Source: Amphiscolops sp. MND2022 (lineage: Eukaryota). Taken from it: a DNA stretch of 64,000 nucleotides. The stretch is from positions 32,738,001-32,802,000 of the forward strand of contig OZ076409.1 in NCBI GenBank assembly GCA_964187785.1, written 5' to 3'. The first letter of the stretch is position 1. Every line of letters starts with the position of its first letter. Shown in pieces: positions 24,252 through 37,113 of the stretch. The notes under the pieces were generated by a model, which was given only the letters and a program-made list of their open reading frames with translations, made no database searches and had not been told where the DNA came from. Position numbers and translations under genes: made by a program.

Positions 24252-26539
24252 TTGCACGCACACATTGTATTTTTTCAATTCAAGTCGTTTCATTTATATT
24301 TTATTTTCATTTATAAAAAATATTTTATTACTGTAACAGCGATAAGTTTCAGTTGCAGTTAGAGTTATAAAATAAGTAGAGTAATATCGAGTAATAAAAA
24401 CGGGGGAATTAAATGGGGGGGATCAACAAAAGATCCAAACTTTCTCGTTGTGTGTGTATGTCCTACCAATGCTCGTATCTAACTGTTATCCTTGTATACA
24501 AACTGTCCAAGTATTAATTGTTCAAAACAAGGATGACTTTTAAAAAAGTTTTGAAACATGGATATTAGAAACATTGTAATTAGTGATTTGAATTTTTAGA
24601 TTTTCAACATTTTAAAAAAACGTCTTAATTAACACTTGAATGAATAAAAATACTTATTTTTGAGATAACTAAAACTAAGAGCGTTTGTTTCAACGAATCG
24701 TCAGCCAAATAAATTCGAAAAACAAACAAAATTGAGCTAATTTCTAGAAATACCTTTGTCAAGTACATTAAGCTACTGAGTCAAAAGGTCTAAGAGTCCT
24801 TTAAAAAAGCCCTGTCGCCGCGTTTTGGCCTGATTATGGATGGCTACTTTAAATTTTTGTTGATATTCGTTTTTCGCTGAGAATAAAAATAATAATTATA
24901 AAGCAATAGTAATATTCGGATAAAATATTGAACACCCCTGATTGTATGTATTTGGCTAAAACTGTAGCGCAGTATACGAACAAATACTCTCAAAAAAGCC
25001 TGGTTGGAGTAATCATACTGTGCGAGGAAGTGGAGAAGGGCATTGCTCTCAACACTACTGCATTATTTCCACCGTGGATGCGATTGAAACATCAACAATC
25101 ACAGTGAAATCTATTCCATGAACCATGAAGGTGGCTCCTACCGTGATTCGAACCACAATTTAACTATGCAGCTAGTGTGAGATCAATCTTTCGCGCAACC
25201 GACTACTCCAACAAGACCTTGAAGCATTCAGTAGTGTTGCAGTTCATATACCATATTTACTGCGAAGCAACGAATATATGACAACGCGGGAGTCAACAGC
25301 ATTTTGAAATAATTCTTGGTACGCCAGCTTCACGTACCTGCTCGTTGTCAGGTTTGACACGAGCTTAAAATTGTTTGAAGTGCAGTCGAATTTCACTTTC
25401 ATATTCTATACCCTCATTGAGAGGTAAAACTCATTATCGTTGGTCATTTTGAATCTCCGTTCTCCCAAGTTATGAAATTAACCATCCTCCTAGTGAAATG
25501 CAATTTTCGATGAGGGCTCTTCCCGTTAAATGTTAAAAGTCAGGTGCTAAGTGTTAAGTTAAAATGGAGCAAAACCGGTCTGAGCCAATCAAATTTCAGA
25601 AAAATGGATGGACCGGAACGAAGTCCTCACGCAAAATTGAGTTGTGAATTAAAAAGTTCATTTTTCTCTGAAGTTTTCCGTGCTTTCGTTCCGGTCCGCA
25701 TGCTTTCAGCCAATCAGATTGCAGAGAAATCGCAGTACGCTCTTTTTGAAGAGGATAAACAAAAGGATGAACAAGTAAGACAGCATAAGGACGGAAAGAT
25801 GCAAAAGGCTCAAAACAGATCGGTACCACCTAGGTTGTAAAATATTGTATTTCAATACATTTTGCATGAAATTAAACTACTTATATTTATTTTTCAAGAA
25901 AACAAATGATTTAAACTATTGTCGCTTTATTGTGCAGGAGTGCTTGAGAAAACGATTTCAGTTTCACATAACTTCATTCACTGTATTTACTTACAACCCG
26001 GATGCTCGAATTATTGTTCAAAGTCACATAGATAGTCATTATGGAAGTATCTCGCAGTACTGAAAAATCGTTCAGCTGAGTTTGACGTGTTTGATGTAAA
26101 AAATTTGAAACAATAAATTATTGTAATTGGAAAGGCCGAAAAATAAATTATTTGAATATATTTATTGCAATTATTTTCAATTATTTACTTGACACTCTTG
26201 GGTACCACTACATACCTACAATTTTTCAAGCAGTCGTGTAAACCACTGCACCAACAGAACATTCATTTGATTTTAAAGTTTGCTCTTTATTGCCTGAAGT
26301 TTTATGCTTTTTAATAAGAGCAAATTAAGAGCAAATAACATAAAAACAAAATTATTCCCATTTAACATAAAAATGAAATTAGTTTCATATAACATAAAAA
26401 ATAAATCCAAATACCCGGGTAAACAATCGAACTCACGAAAATTTATCTGTAATTCTCATACTTCTTTCAGTGAATCTCTTTTGCATTGTGAATGCTTTAG
26501 AACACTAAAACTTTCGGATCTTTCCTGTTAAATGCTAAT

Positions 26540-26995
26540 AAATAAACTAAATGAAATAGCAACGCCCGGTGCTTAGAACACTGCTATTCAATAATCTAAA
26601 TGAAATAGCAACGCCCGGTGCTTAGAACACTGCTATTAAATAATCTAAATGAAATAGCAACGCCCGGTGCTTAGAACACTGCTGTTAAATAATCTAAATG
26701 AAATAGCAACGCCCGGTGCTTAGAACACTGCTATTAAATAAACTAAATGAAATAGCAACGCTCGGTGCTTAGAACACTGCTATTAAATAATCTAAATGAA
26801 ATAGCAACGCCCGGTGCTTAGAACACTGCTATCGAATAAACTAAATGAAATAGCAACGCCTGGTGCTGAGAACACTGCTATTAAATAATCTAAATGAAAT
26901 AGCAACGCCCGGTGCTTAGAACACTGCTATCGAATAAACTAAATGAAATAGCAACGCCCGGTGCTGAGAACACTACTATTAAATAAACTAAATAA
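26540..26995 (+). repeat. Tandem array, 49-bp unit x9, core AGCAACGCCCGGTGCT
   Basis: Near-identical unit ctaaatgaaatagcaacgcccggtgcttagaacactgctattaaataat. Confidence 0.95.
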
Positions 26996-27075
26996 AAAAA
27001 TGTCGGGCTAAAAAGAAAGTTGTGATAAAAAATCACAACCTTGAAACACTGACACCCATTATCATGTATTTTTAG

Positions 27076-27153
27076 AGAGGCTCTCAGTTAGGGGATCACA
27101 TAGTGTCGCCCATAACAAGACCCACGCCGGGAACGTGGCCTCTGGAGGGTCTC
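27076..27153 (-). ncRNA. HDV-like (CPEB3-type) self-cleaving ribozyme candidate
   Basis: GAGACCC(P1) TCC AGAGGCC(P2) ACG(P3) TTCCCGG(L3) CGT GGGTCTT(P1', G1.U wobble) G [P4] CTGA(J4/2, catalytic C) GAGCCTCT(P2', one bulged A). Confidence 0.8.
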
Positions 27154-28214
27154 AAAATCTAATTTACAAAGTCTACTACGAAAATATGCTAACTACCAGA
27201 GCTTCCGGAATTTTATTTGGGATCAAACATTTCAATTAATTTAAACCAAAATCAATTAATGGACAAATGGAAACTTGCAAATTAACTATCAATTATCTCG
27301 CAATTGTTGAAGCAATAATTTCGGTATTAAGGCTTTCATCCCAAGATAGTCTATTCATCTTCAAAGATTTCGAGTTTCATTGGAAATAAACTTATCTAAA
27401 ACCGTCCATCTAAAGAACTTTTGCATTTAATTAGAGGTCAGAATCATTTTTTCCGTTTTTTCATCAAATTTTCAGTCAATAAACTACCTTTTGACCTCCC
27501 TAAAATCAATTAATTGCACCCTAATAATTGCAAATAAATAGTTGCCAGTTAATAAAACGATGAGATAATCAAAGAAGAATTGAAATGTTTTATGATGAAG
27601 GAAATTATATTCTTGAAAAGTTGATTCTGCTGTACAGTGTATTGGCGATCGAATGAATTCGATGTACGATGAGAGAAATGAAATGCTAATTATGAAGGAA
27701 ATGATGCTGCTGAAAAGATGATTCTGCTGTACAGTGCATTGGCGATCGAATGAATTAGAATGTAAGAATGAAGTACATATAAGAATGTGATTAGAATTTC
27801 GTAATTCTGTTTGCGAACCATGCCGGGACTGAACGAAATTTTGTGACGTCATCGTTAAAACGGTTAATTCTTTTTCGATTCAAAATGGTGATAAATGCAA
27901 GAAACTTTGCTAAAGCTATATAATAGAGTGTGTGCATGCATAAATCTATTGGAAGATCAATAAATTATTGCAAAAAATAATTCCATAGAAAGCTTTTGAC
28001 TTTGAATATTTTATTGGCAGAAAGCAATAAAATAATTTATCATACCATGTAAATAATTTCTCCATTTTGAGACGTTCTGTTTACTGCTATTAAATAAACT
28101 GAAGGAAAGAGCAACGACCGGTGCTGAGAACACTGCTAATAAACAGCGTCCGGTTGATATATATGATGCAAAACTCAAAAATTATATTCATATTAATTGT
28201 GCGGGGGGATCCAC

Positions 28215-28870
28215 ATACTTTTTCCATTCTCAAGCCCTTGAAAAAATGATTGGACTAATTCCAAAAAAATAAACTGAATAAAATTAGTTAGACTTTCAGT
28301 TTATTGTTTTAGGTAATTTCTTTTTCGTTTCATTTTACGTTTTGGCTTGGAGGGGGGGGCTTGGTGTAAGAATAATACTTTATGAATGCATTAAACTGCT
28401 AAAGCATACATATTTCCTCCATTCTCAAGCCTTTCTAAAATTGATTGGACTTATTCCAAAAAGAATAAACTGAATAAAATTAGTTAGACTTCCAGTTTAT
28501 TGTGTTAGGTATTTTTTTCGTTTCATTTTCTTTTTTGGCATGGGGGGGTTCGTGTAAATATAATACTTCAAGAATGCAGTAAACTGCTAAAGCCTACATA
28601 TTTCCTCCATTCTCAAGCCTTTGTAAAATTGATTGGACATATTCCAAAAAGTAAATTAAATAAATTATTGAGAGTTTCATGAGTTTAATTTTATTGTGTT
28701 AGGTAATTTCTTTTTCGTTTCATTTTATTTTTTTTGGCCTCGCGGGGGGGGGGGGTGGTTGTTGTGTTGAATAAATTACTTTATAACTGCATAAAAATTC
28801 GCCAATGCATATACAATTTTTCCATTCTAAAATTTTCTTGAAATTGGTTGAATTTATTCCAAAAAACTAT
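28215..28870 (+). repeat. Degenerate ~190-bp tandem repeat x3-4
   Basis: tccattctcaagcc...gattggac..attccaaaaa at about 28223, 28418, 28606, 28821. Confidence 0.8.
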
Positions 28871-30679
28871 GTGAAATATCAAGACTTCAAGTTAATCATG
28901 TTCACTAATTCCCATTTTTTTTCGTTTTATCCATGTTGCGTGTGGGGGGATTCGTTGATAAAATAATGCGTGAAAATTACTTAAAAAACTTTTACTACAA
29001 AAGGTAGAACATTGTGTGAAAATTCTTCATTAATACTCGTGGATGGTTCACAGTGATATCTGATACGCGTCGTACGTTCAATTTATCTAGTGACGTCATT
29101 TTGAACTATTTGGAATGCTTTCCAACGGTATTCGCTTCGCGAGTTAATACATTGTTCCTTTGTCGAAAGAAGCACTTATGACACACTCGCTCACCGCGAC
29201 AAGGTCGGACATAGAATTGACCTCGGAATTGATCAATCAGAGAGCAGCATCACTTTTCGCTCACTTGGTCGAACTTACACAGGAATTCGTTCAACCAATC
29301 AAAAACGCCGGATTCGTGACACTCTTTCGCCGCTGGTCGGCGCTATGAAAATGTATAAAATCTAACATTTTGTCACTTGGTAGGACAAAGTCTTAAAATA
29401 ATCCTGAGGCCATTTGAAGCATTTTCCACTATTCAGAATAGCGTGTTCGACCAATTATGACCGACGAAGTGCGGGTTCGACCAAGTGCTAGGCAAAAAAC
29501 GGCCAAATGTCCGACCAAGTGCGGATTCTCAAAGACAAACAGAGAGAGAGAGAGAATAACTTGAATTCTGGTTAATGATCTTAAAATTTGATGAATTCTT
29601 TTTGCTCCATAATCGATTTCTCAAACTATTTCTCCGATTTTCTGTTACAAACACAAACTGCTTTTATTGATAAAAGGAATGTTCACTCTTTTTACCATAA
29701 TCCATGCTACCACGATCAATTTAAGTTCAATAATAATCCCACACACACGATTAACAAAATTTCAAATAAATGAGTTGAGTATTGTAAAAAAAGTATAATA
29801 TTGTTTTTATATTTAGCAAATAGCTGAAGGTTTTGGAACTCAAATAATTCAGATAATCTCCTAGTCTATCTCAATAAAGAGAATAGTATATCAAAAACTG
29901 TTAAATTTTTAGCTTTCAAAACAATTTGTGGGGAATATCAATGTGGTAAGAAGATCGAGAACCTCAAACACTTGTAACAGTCTCTTGATTATTATCTCTA
30001 GGTGTATGTTTTTATTCTGGCTGACGTTTTTGAAAACCTCTGAAGACTGGCCTACGGGAGTTTAAGCTGGGAATCTATACTTTTTAAGTGTCTCGATTTA
30101 CATGGAAAGCAATGCTAAAAACACTAAAGATTCAACTTGATTCTTAAGTGAACAAAACCACCTCATTGATACCCCAAACAGTTAAGTATCCAAAATCTTT
30201 AGTAGTTGAAAACAACAACGTCTGTGAATTCTATTCCGAAATGTTTCCATAACACTCCTGTAGTCAGTCTAGGATTATCACTGTATACGAACTGGTTATT
30301 CCTGCATTTGGTTCTTTAAGAAATGCCGCTGAAATTAAAACAGGCTCTAAAACACTCAAGAGTCATTCAGAGACTGTGGTATCCGAAATCATCAACAATT
30401 CGAATGAAATGTCTTCCATTTCAACCGGCATCAACAAAAAAGTGTGCCACTCAAAGCCGTTTATTCACCGTCACTGTTCAATCGAAAAAACAAGCTGTAT
30501 ACAGGAAGAAGTTTTTGAGAGGTCCGAAAACGATTAAAAGTAGTTAGTTCACTTCGAAAAGTGCAAGTTTAAATGCGGGAAACCTAAGTGCAAATTTATA
30601 CCTTTCCAAAGGGCTCTGATGACAAAAATTGAACCGCCTGTACAGGAGACAGTAGTTTCCACCCACTCAACCTGATGTA

Positions 30680-31303
30680 GTGTATGAGAAAACGTCAATA
30701 GCCAGAATAACATCTACTCCAAAACGTTTTTATAACAATCCAGACTCATGTTACACCGTTGACATATGTGCCAAAGGTACATGTGTGCATGATTTCTCAG
30801 CTCTCAACACAAACTATGTCATCTATTTTTCCATCGAAAGGGACCAAAAACTGTATCACTCAAAGTCGTTTACCCAGTGTCACTGTTCAATCGAAGAAAA
30901 GGTACCAGCTCGGAAAACTATTTCAAGAAACAATCAAATGGGAATGAAGAGTACCATCTATTCCACATTTTTTCAACACAACGGTTACTATGAAAATAGT
31001 CATGCAGAGTTCAAACAATATTGCAATCATTTTTTCTCACGTAAAGAAGTTGAACAATTAAATGAGATACCGATTCGTTTAGAGATTTTATACATTTGTG
31101 CCGACATAATGGACCAGTTGAATGGAACCAATGATCCCATTTTGGGGAGCCGAGATTGTAACCTGACATTGATTGTTAACAATGTAGACGAAGAAGCTGA
31201 TTCATTAGTGAACATGCCGTGCACAGACCGATCTGTCGGTTCTTCGCTCTTTATAAGGGGTCCCCACTTTGCAGCTATTCAATTGGCGTTACGAAATCTG
31301 TAA
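30680..31303 (+). CDS. Unknown 207-codon ORF, possibly part of a decayed KH-domain gene extending to ~32500
   Basis: Long ORF in AT-rich DNA; partial duplicate at 30410-30490; a GRIIGKNGSILNKI (KH GxxG-like) fragment with a stop near 32410-32460. Confidence 0.3.
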   Translation: MYEKTSIARITSTPKRFYNNPDSCYTVDICAKGTCVHDFSALNTNYVIYFSIERDQKLYHSKSFTQCHCSIEEKVPARKTISRNNQMGMKSTIYSTFFQHNGYYENSHAEFKQYCNHFFSRKEVEQLNEIPIRLEILYICADIMDQLNGTNDPILGSRDCNLTLIVNNVDEEADSLVNMPCTDRSVGSSLFIRGPHFAAIQLALRNL

Positions 31304-32554
31304 CTTGAAAATAATTGCGAACCATTTTTGCATGCTCATAATCTCAACATGATGAAAAAGCTAAGCAGTGAATTTCGGTATTTTGTAAATGTGATGCACT
31401 ACAGCGCTGTTAAGAAGTAACACACGATAGGAGTTAAACAAGCCGAAAACAACTCAAAGTCGGCGATACAAATTCCAGAAGATGAAAAAACACTGAAAAG
31501 TAACACAGATTTTGGGGGTAATTTAAATGTAAATGCCCACACTAACCGAGAATGCTACCCGGGACAAACGAATAAAAAACAATTGTCAATCTCTCAAGCT
31601 CTCCACTACCAAAAAAGAACATCAAAGCTCATAGTATCATCTTTTCCAACCGCGTGTACGATACTCCACGAAGCTATTGCAACCTAAGAAGTCTAGTTAA
31701 TAGTCCCCAGCTGAAGACAGATTCGTTATGGTAATTAATGAGTCTTCCCGGATTATAAAGCTTAAAATACTAAAATACGAGAAAGAATTTATTGAAAATA
31801 AACCAGGAACTTTTAAACTTCGTGGAGCATACAGGTTTTTTTTAGTTCAAAACATCAAATTTCGTAGTAGTATCTATTCTAAAGCGCTTGTACAACACTC
31901 CAAAAACCTGTTAAACACTAGAACTTCTGATTCTGAGCCTTTCAGAAGCGAAAAATGACAGCCAGAAAAACTATTTCCAAGACAAAAGAGAAGTCAGCCA
32001 AAGAAAAAAAATGACGGAACAAGCTGGTTAATTTCAAGTACAATTGATAGAAACAATATTGCAGTAATTTCATGCCACGTAGAAAAATTGCACAATTTGC
32101 ATCTGATACCGCCATATTAACTACGTCGAGGTAATAAAACTGAAGAGGGAAAAAAGTAAAGATTTTAATCGAATCAAATCGGTACATGTGCAAGAGATTT
32201 TGAGTGCCTACTGGAGTCTTGGGTTAACCTCAACCCGATTCGTGAAGAGCAGAGATGTAATGTAAGGTCAACCAATACTGAGACCCCAGTATACACTCGT
32301 ACTGTGCAGGCTGGGTTAGGCCCCTCTTACCCAGTACATTGTGTCTACATCATGAGAGTAATGAACTTATCAAAGAGGAAATGAGAGGAAGACAAATTTT
32401 GCTCAAGGAACCGGAAGAATAATCGGCAAAAACGGAAGTATACTAAACAAAATCGCTTAATGCGACAAAGACAAACTATTCATCAAAGTGCAGCAAATAA
32501 GCAATCTTTTTTCATTCGAACATAGTAGGTCCCTTAAAAAATTACTCGAAACGA

Positions 32555-33060
32555 AGACATTTGGAGAGTTGAAGACAAATGAAAAGCTAAATTGCTGAAT
32601 ATAATCAACAATTTTGCAAAGCGACAGAACTTATCGCCCATAGAAGTACACTAATTTAAGCCAATTTGAGAGTTAAAGACAATCAAAAAACGAAAATGCT
32701 GGACATAATCAACAATTTTTCAATTTGACAGAACTTATCCGTTTTTGAAGTACACTAAAGTAAGCCTTTTCGAGAGTTAAAGACACAAATATTGGTAAAT
32801 TGCCGGATATAAAGAAGGATTTTTCAACCGGACATAAGTTCTCTCCTAGCTATGGATCTTGAAAGTAAACATTGCGAGAGATGAACACACAAACATTTGT
32901 AAAATGCAGGTTATAAACAATGGTTTTTCCTTCGAACATAAGTTACCTCCTATCGAAGGATCTCAAAAGTAACCATTTTGCGACCTAACGACACTAACAA
33001 TGGTAAAAAGCCAGATATTTACAACAATGTTCCAATCAGACGTAGAATTTTCGCTATTGT
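32555..33060 (+). repeat. Degenerate ~103-bp tandem repeat x~5
   Basis: gagagtt(g/a)aagaca... recurs at about 32565, 32668, 32772, 32876. Confidence 0.7.
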
Positions 33061-35271
33061 ATTGGTCAAAATTAACAGTTAGAGATACTAAATTTTCCTA
33101 AATGTTGGCAATAGTCATCAAAGTTTCAATCGGATAAAGTAGGTTCTTCATTATCTTTGAGAAATCTAAACAATTAATGATATCACAACTAACGTAAAAA
33201 GTACGCTTTTCCAATTCCTGATGTTTGAATGCGTGGGATTGAATTGGTATGAAGAATAATTTGAACTGAAAGAACAGATTGTCTACTAGATAGAGCTGTA
33301 TTCATATTAAACTCATCTGTGGTGTCGGAATATTTCTATTCAGGTGGTGACTGCCACTACTCGAATTTGTTGATGTGAAAACACAATCTAAACACAAGAG
33401 GTTTCAAACTCTAATAATACGACAGTGATCGGTTTGTTAGATGGTTATCTAGTTCAACAGTTAGGGTTGCAACAGTGACATTTTAAAATTGACAACACTT
33501 ACCATTTTTCCAGTTTCTTGTTTCCAGATTCCAAGATTTTAATTTTATTCAACGATTGCTCGGAAAAATGTTTTGGAATAGACACTCCACTGATTGTTGA
33601 TCGTTCGCATCAAAAGATCGTTTTGCTGGTTTAACTGAAATAGCTCATTCTGTCATTTTTTTTGGAACAATGGTTCAATTTCTTATTGAAAACCGACTTC
33701 ATCTTTCCCGGTCAATTGTGAAGCAAATTTCAAAGTTTTTAACATGAGAGATAGTTGTTCATTTTTGAACGAGAAATATTGAACGAGAAATATTGAACAG
33801 TCCAGAGAAATATGGCGAAAATTGAGTCTGCATCTCGAACCGGTTGCTGGTAATTGAAAGTTGTTGCTAAATCGCCTGCATCTGGGCGAAACATTTCTTT
33901 TGGGTTTCTGCTCTGACAATAAAATTGGATGGGATCCTCATTCAAAGAAATTTGGCCTCCTCTTTTCATTCAATCCAAGACGGCAATTATACTTTATTGA
34001 CTTGCCAATTCAAAGCCACTTGACAATTGTGAACAAAAACTCAACTGGCACAAGACAAATATATGGCTCGCATAAGCTCTGCTGAAATTAACCTTGAGTC
34101 AAATTTGGAGGTCCTTAAATTAGGGCCCACCAAGCTTCATTTTATGAAGGGGTCCTAAAAGTTGGTCCGTAGGGACCCCTAACACAGCTCTCCAATTTCG
34201 AAGAAAAATTATCCAATACCTCACCAAATGTATTTTTAAACTTTGAAGTGGGTCCCCCTCCTCAGAAAAAGGTCAAATTTCATATTGATAATGAATTACA
34301 GTAGTATCATTCACTAATGTTTCTTTGTATAACGTTGACAGCATAACAAAGCTTGCATTTGTGAACTTCGTTTTGTTTTCTAACAAGAATTTATGTAGTG
34401 GAAACGAAAAAAGTTGGTTTGCAGTTATATTTAAATTCATCTCAACCTCGGTAGGTCAGGGGTTGGAAACAACATTTTGATTCAACACGATTGTGTTGGG
34501 AAGTTAAAAATAATTTACAGGAAGGAATAAGAACACCGCTACCACTACATTTGGAGGAGCGCATATAACTATTCCTAATAATACTAAGCGTACATACAGA
34601 TAAGAAAGATGGAAATACAACCCTTCATATACAAGAATGTTGAGAAATTTGTACCAGTATTAGTCAATCCAGCTTTACAATTCAATTACAACAAAATTTC
34701 AAGGTTAGTATTTTCCAAACTTTTAGACATTCAAAGAATATACAACAGTGTCTATGCTTTTACATGTACTTTCGCGAAATTACTTCCTTTTAGGGATAGG
34801 TTCTAAAATTTCAGAGCAAGGACCCACTCCGTTGTGAACGAGGACCCACCCAGTTGAAAGGCCGGTGGGCTTTTTGTTCAAAATGCAAAAAGTGATCTGT
34901 CCTTCCTGGTATTTACACTACTCGATTGAAACAGAATAAAACTAAAAGATCAGAAATTTACAAAATTTCGACCTTCAAAATACGAAATTTTGATCAAACA
35001 TACGGTTTTTTTCACAACAGCAAAAGTTAAAGAACCTGGCAAAGCTGCAAAAATACACATCAAAATACAACGGAATGGAGCTTTAATTGCTTATAAAAAA
35101 CATTATATTAAGAATTTAGCAGATTTAGTCCTGAAATTATCCCTTTTTCTGAACGTAAATCAATCCAGCTACCCCAAAAATACCTGACAACCTTGCCTAT
35201 CAAGCGGCTTCAAGAAACGCGAAGCCGAAAAGCGTCCTTAATGCTACCAGGGTCATTAAGGTAACCCAAAC

Positions 35272-35756
35272 CAGGGGTTGCACTTAACTGAAAATTCGAT
35301 GATTGAAATTGCATGAGCAAGAAATAATCGCTAATTGCAAACGCACAATGTTAACAATTGCAATTGCAATTGCTTTTTAGTATCTAACAGAATATCAGAA
35401 TTTGACAATAAATCTGGTTTAAAAGCAGCTAGTGAGATATCTCGTACAAAAAACAAAACCAGAAAGAGAAAACATAAATTACACTCAGTGTGAAAAAATG
35501 CTTTGGAAGAAAGCACTGCAATACTCCAACAATATACAATTATAAAAAATGTTTTCGGTGTAATTCGAGGTGATAGCCAAAATTGCATTTTTTGTGGAAA
35601 AACCCAGGAAAATTGCAAAGTTGCACAAAATGTCGCACTAATTGATAATTGCCCTCAGTGTTGTTGATAATTGCTAATTGAAATTGCATGCCTCAAAGTC
35701 GCAATTAATTGCAATTGCATGCAATTAATTGCTGTTTGGTGAAAATGCTATCCCTG
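35272..35756. mobile_element. hAT-like MITE
   Basis: CAGGGGTTGCA ... TGCTATCCCTG; flanks ACCCAAAC / GCCCAAAA (6/8 match); subterminal AATTGC repeats. Confidence 0.6.
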
Positions 35757-36514
35757 GCCCAAAAAACCAAAAAAGTTGGAAAAAGGACGAATATAGAAAA
35801 TCAACCAAGCTTCCGGCGCAACTCAAAGATTTCAGACACGTCAGTTTTTCTCCCTCATTGATTGAGAGTAGTAGTACGTTGCATTTTATGTGGGGGGAGG
35901 GGTGTTGAGTGAGTAAACAAATATGGTAACAACAAAACTTTCTAAAACGTTACGTAGTAACTGCAACACGAACATGGTGTATTCGAACATGAAAATTCTC
36001 ACCGAAAGGCAAACAAAATCCGAATAACTTTTTTTACAACCTTGAAAATACGAGTTCCAGTAAATTTTTTCCATTCGTTTTCTAGGCCACAAAAAAACGT
36101 TCCTTCCCTTGGCGTGGTGGAAAGTAATAAAAATCGAGTGGTTTGTTAGGAATGCAAATGGAGGGATGAAGGGAAATCAAATCAATAAAAAGTCTTTTAT
36201 TCTAGCAACTTTGAAAAGAATGTGCTATTAGATTATTTTACCTTTTTTTGAAGTTTGATTGCGGTGGAACAAAATTCCTTGATATTGCCTTCATTTGCGT
36301 ATTGGAAACAGTTATAAGTAATCCAACCAATTTCTATGGAAATAATCCAAGTTTCTTTTTACACCGAATTTTCACATTCTAGAAAATGAAAAACGACCTA
36401 AAATGATTGGAAAAAGGTTTTTGAAATTTCGGGAAAGTGTTAAATTTTCAAGGAAAAAGCCCTTAATTGCGTTCTAGTTTGATACATGTCCCGCAAAAGT
36501 GGAATATGATCACT

Positions 36515-36915
36515 TGGTGTAAATAGTATTTTGGGTAAAATAGTCAATTAGTGTAAACTTGTCAAAGACTGTAGTAATCCATTAGTGTAGTGGTGCAGCC
36601 AAGTGTAATATGAACGCGGTGAATTCCAGTCAAAATGCGTAGTTAGTAAATGGTGTAAAACAGTCTCAAAATATACAAGCTAATTTAGTAAGGTGTAAGT
36701 TAGTCAAAAATTGGTTAAATTTCACTTTTGAGGAGTATTCAAGTATAAAACTACCAAAAAGTGTAAATTAGTCAAAGTTTGACTATTTTACAGCAATTTA
36801 ATAACTACTTCAAACACACTAATTTACATTGAATAGTTGCTTGGCGTTTTTTTACTTTGACTAAATTACACATTACCTTTGACTGAATTACATACATACA
36901 GTAAAATTTACATTG
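36515..36915. repeat. Foldback-like array of short GTGTAAATTAGTCAAA-type units, forward then inverted about 36775
   Basis: gtgtaaa.t.gtcaaa repeats left of gtcaaagtttgac; tttgacta.attacac repeats to the right. Confidence 0.6.
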
Positions 36916-37113
36916 GATGACACATGCATGCAAAAGAATTCTAGTCATTCAGTGCATCTAACTAATTATATCGATTTAGAGTTTAATGATTTGAACTAAT
37001 TGCCTACTGGTCATGCCAGTAAGCAAAATGTTTAGAACTAAACTGGACTATGTGTTCATTTTCCAACACACTACAGGGTTGAAGTATTGTTACTTGATGT
37101 ATTTACAATTTTG

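Noticed and set aside
4998..26995. CRISPR interpretation of the AGCAACGCCCGGTG arrays
   Set aside because: Spacers within an array are copies of one another, the context is eukaryotic, and no cas genes are present.
30615..30650. CTGATGA as a hammerhead ribozyme core (also near 20198)
   Set aside because: No properly placed GAAA/NUH with closing stems.
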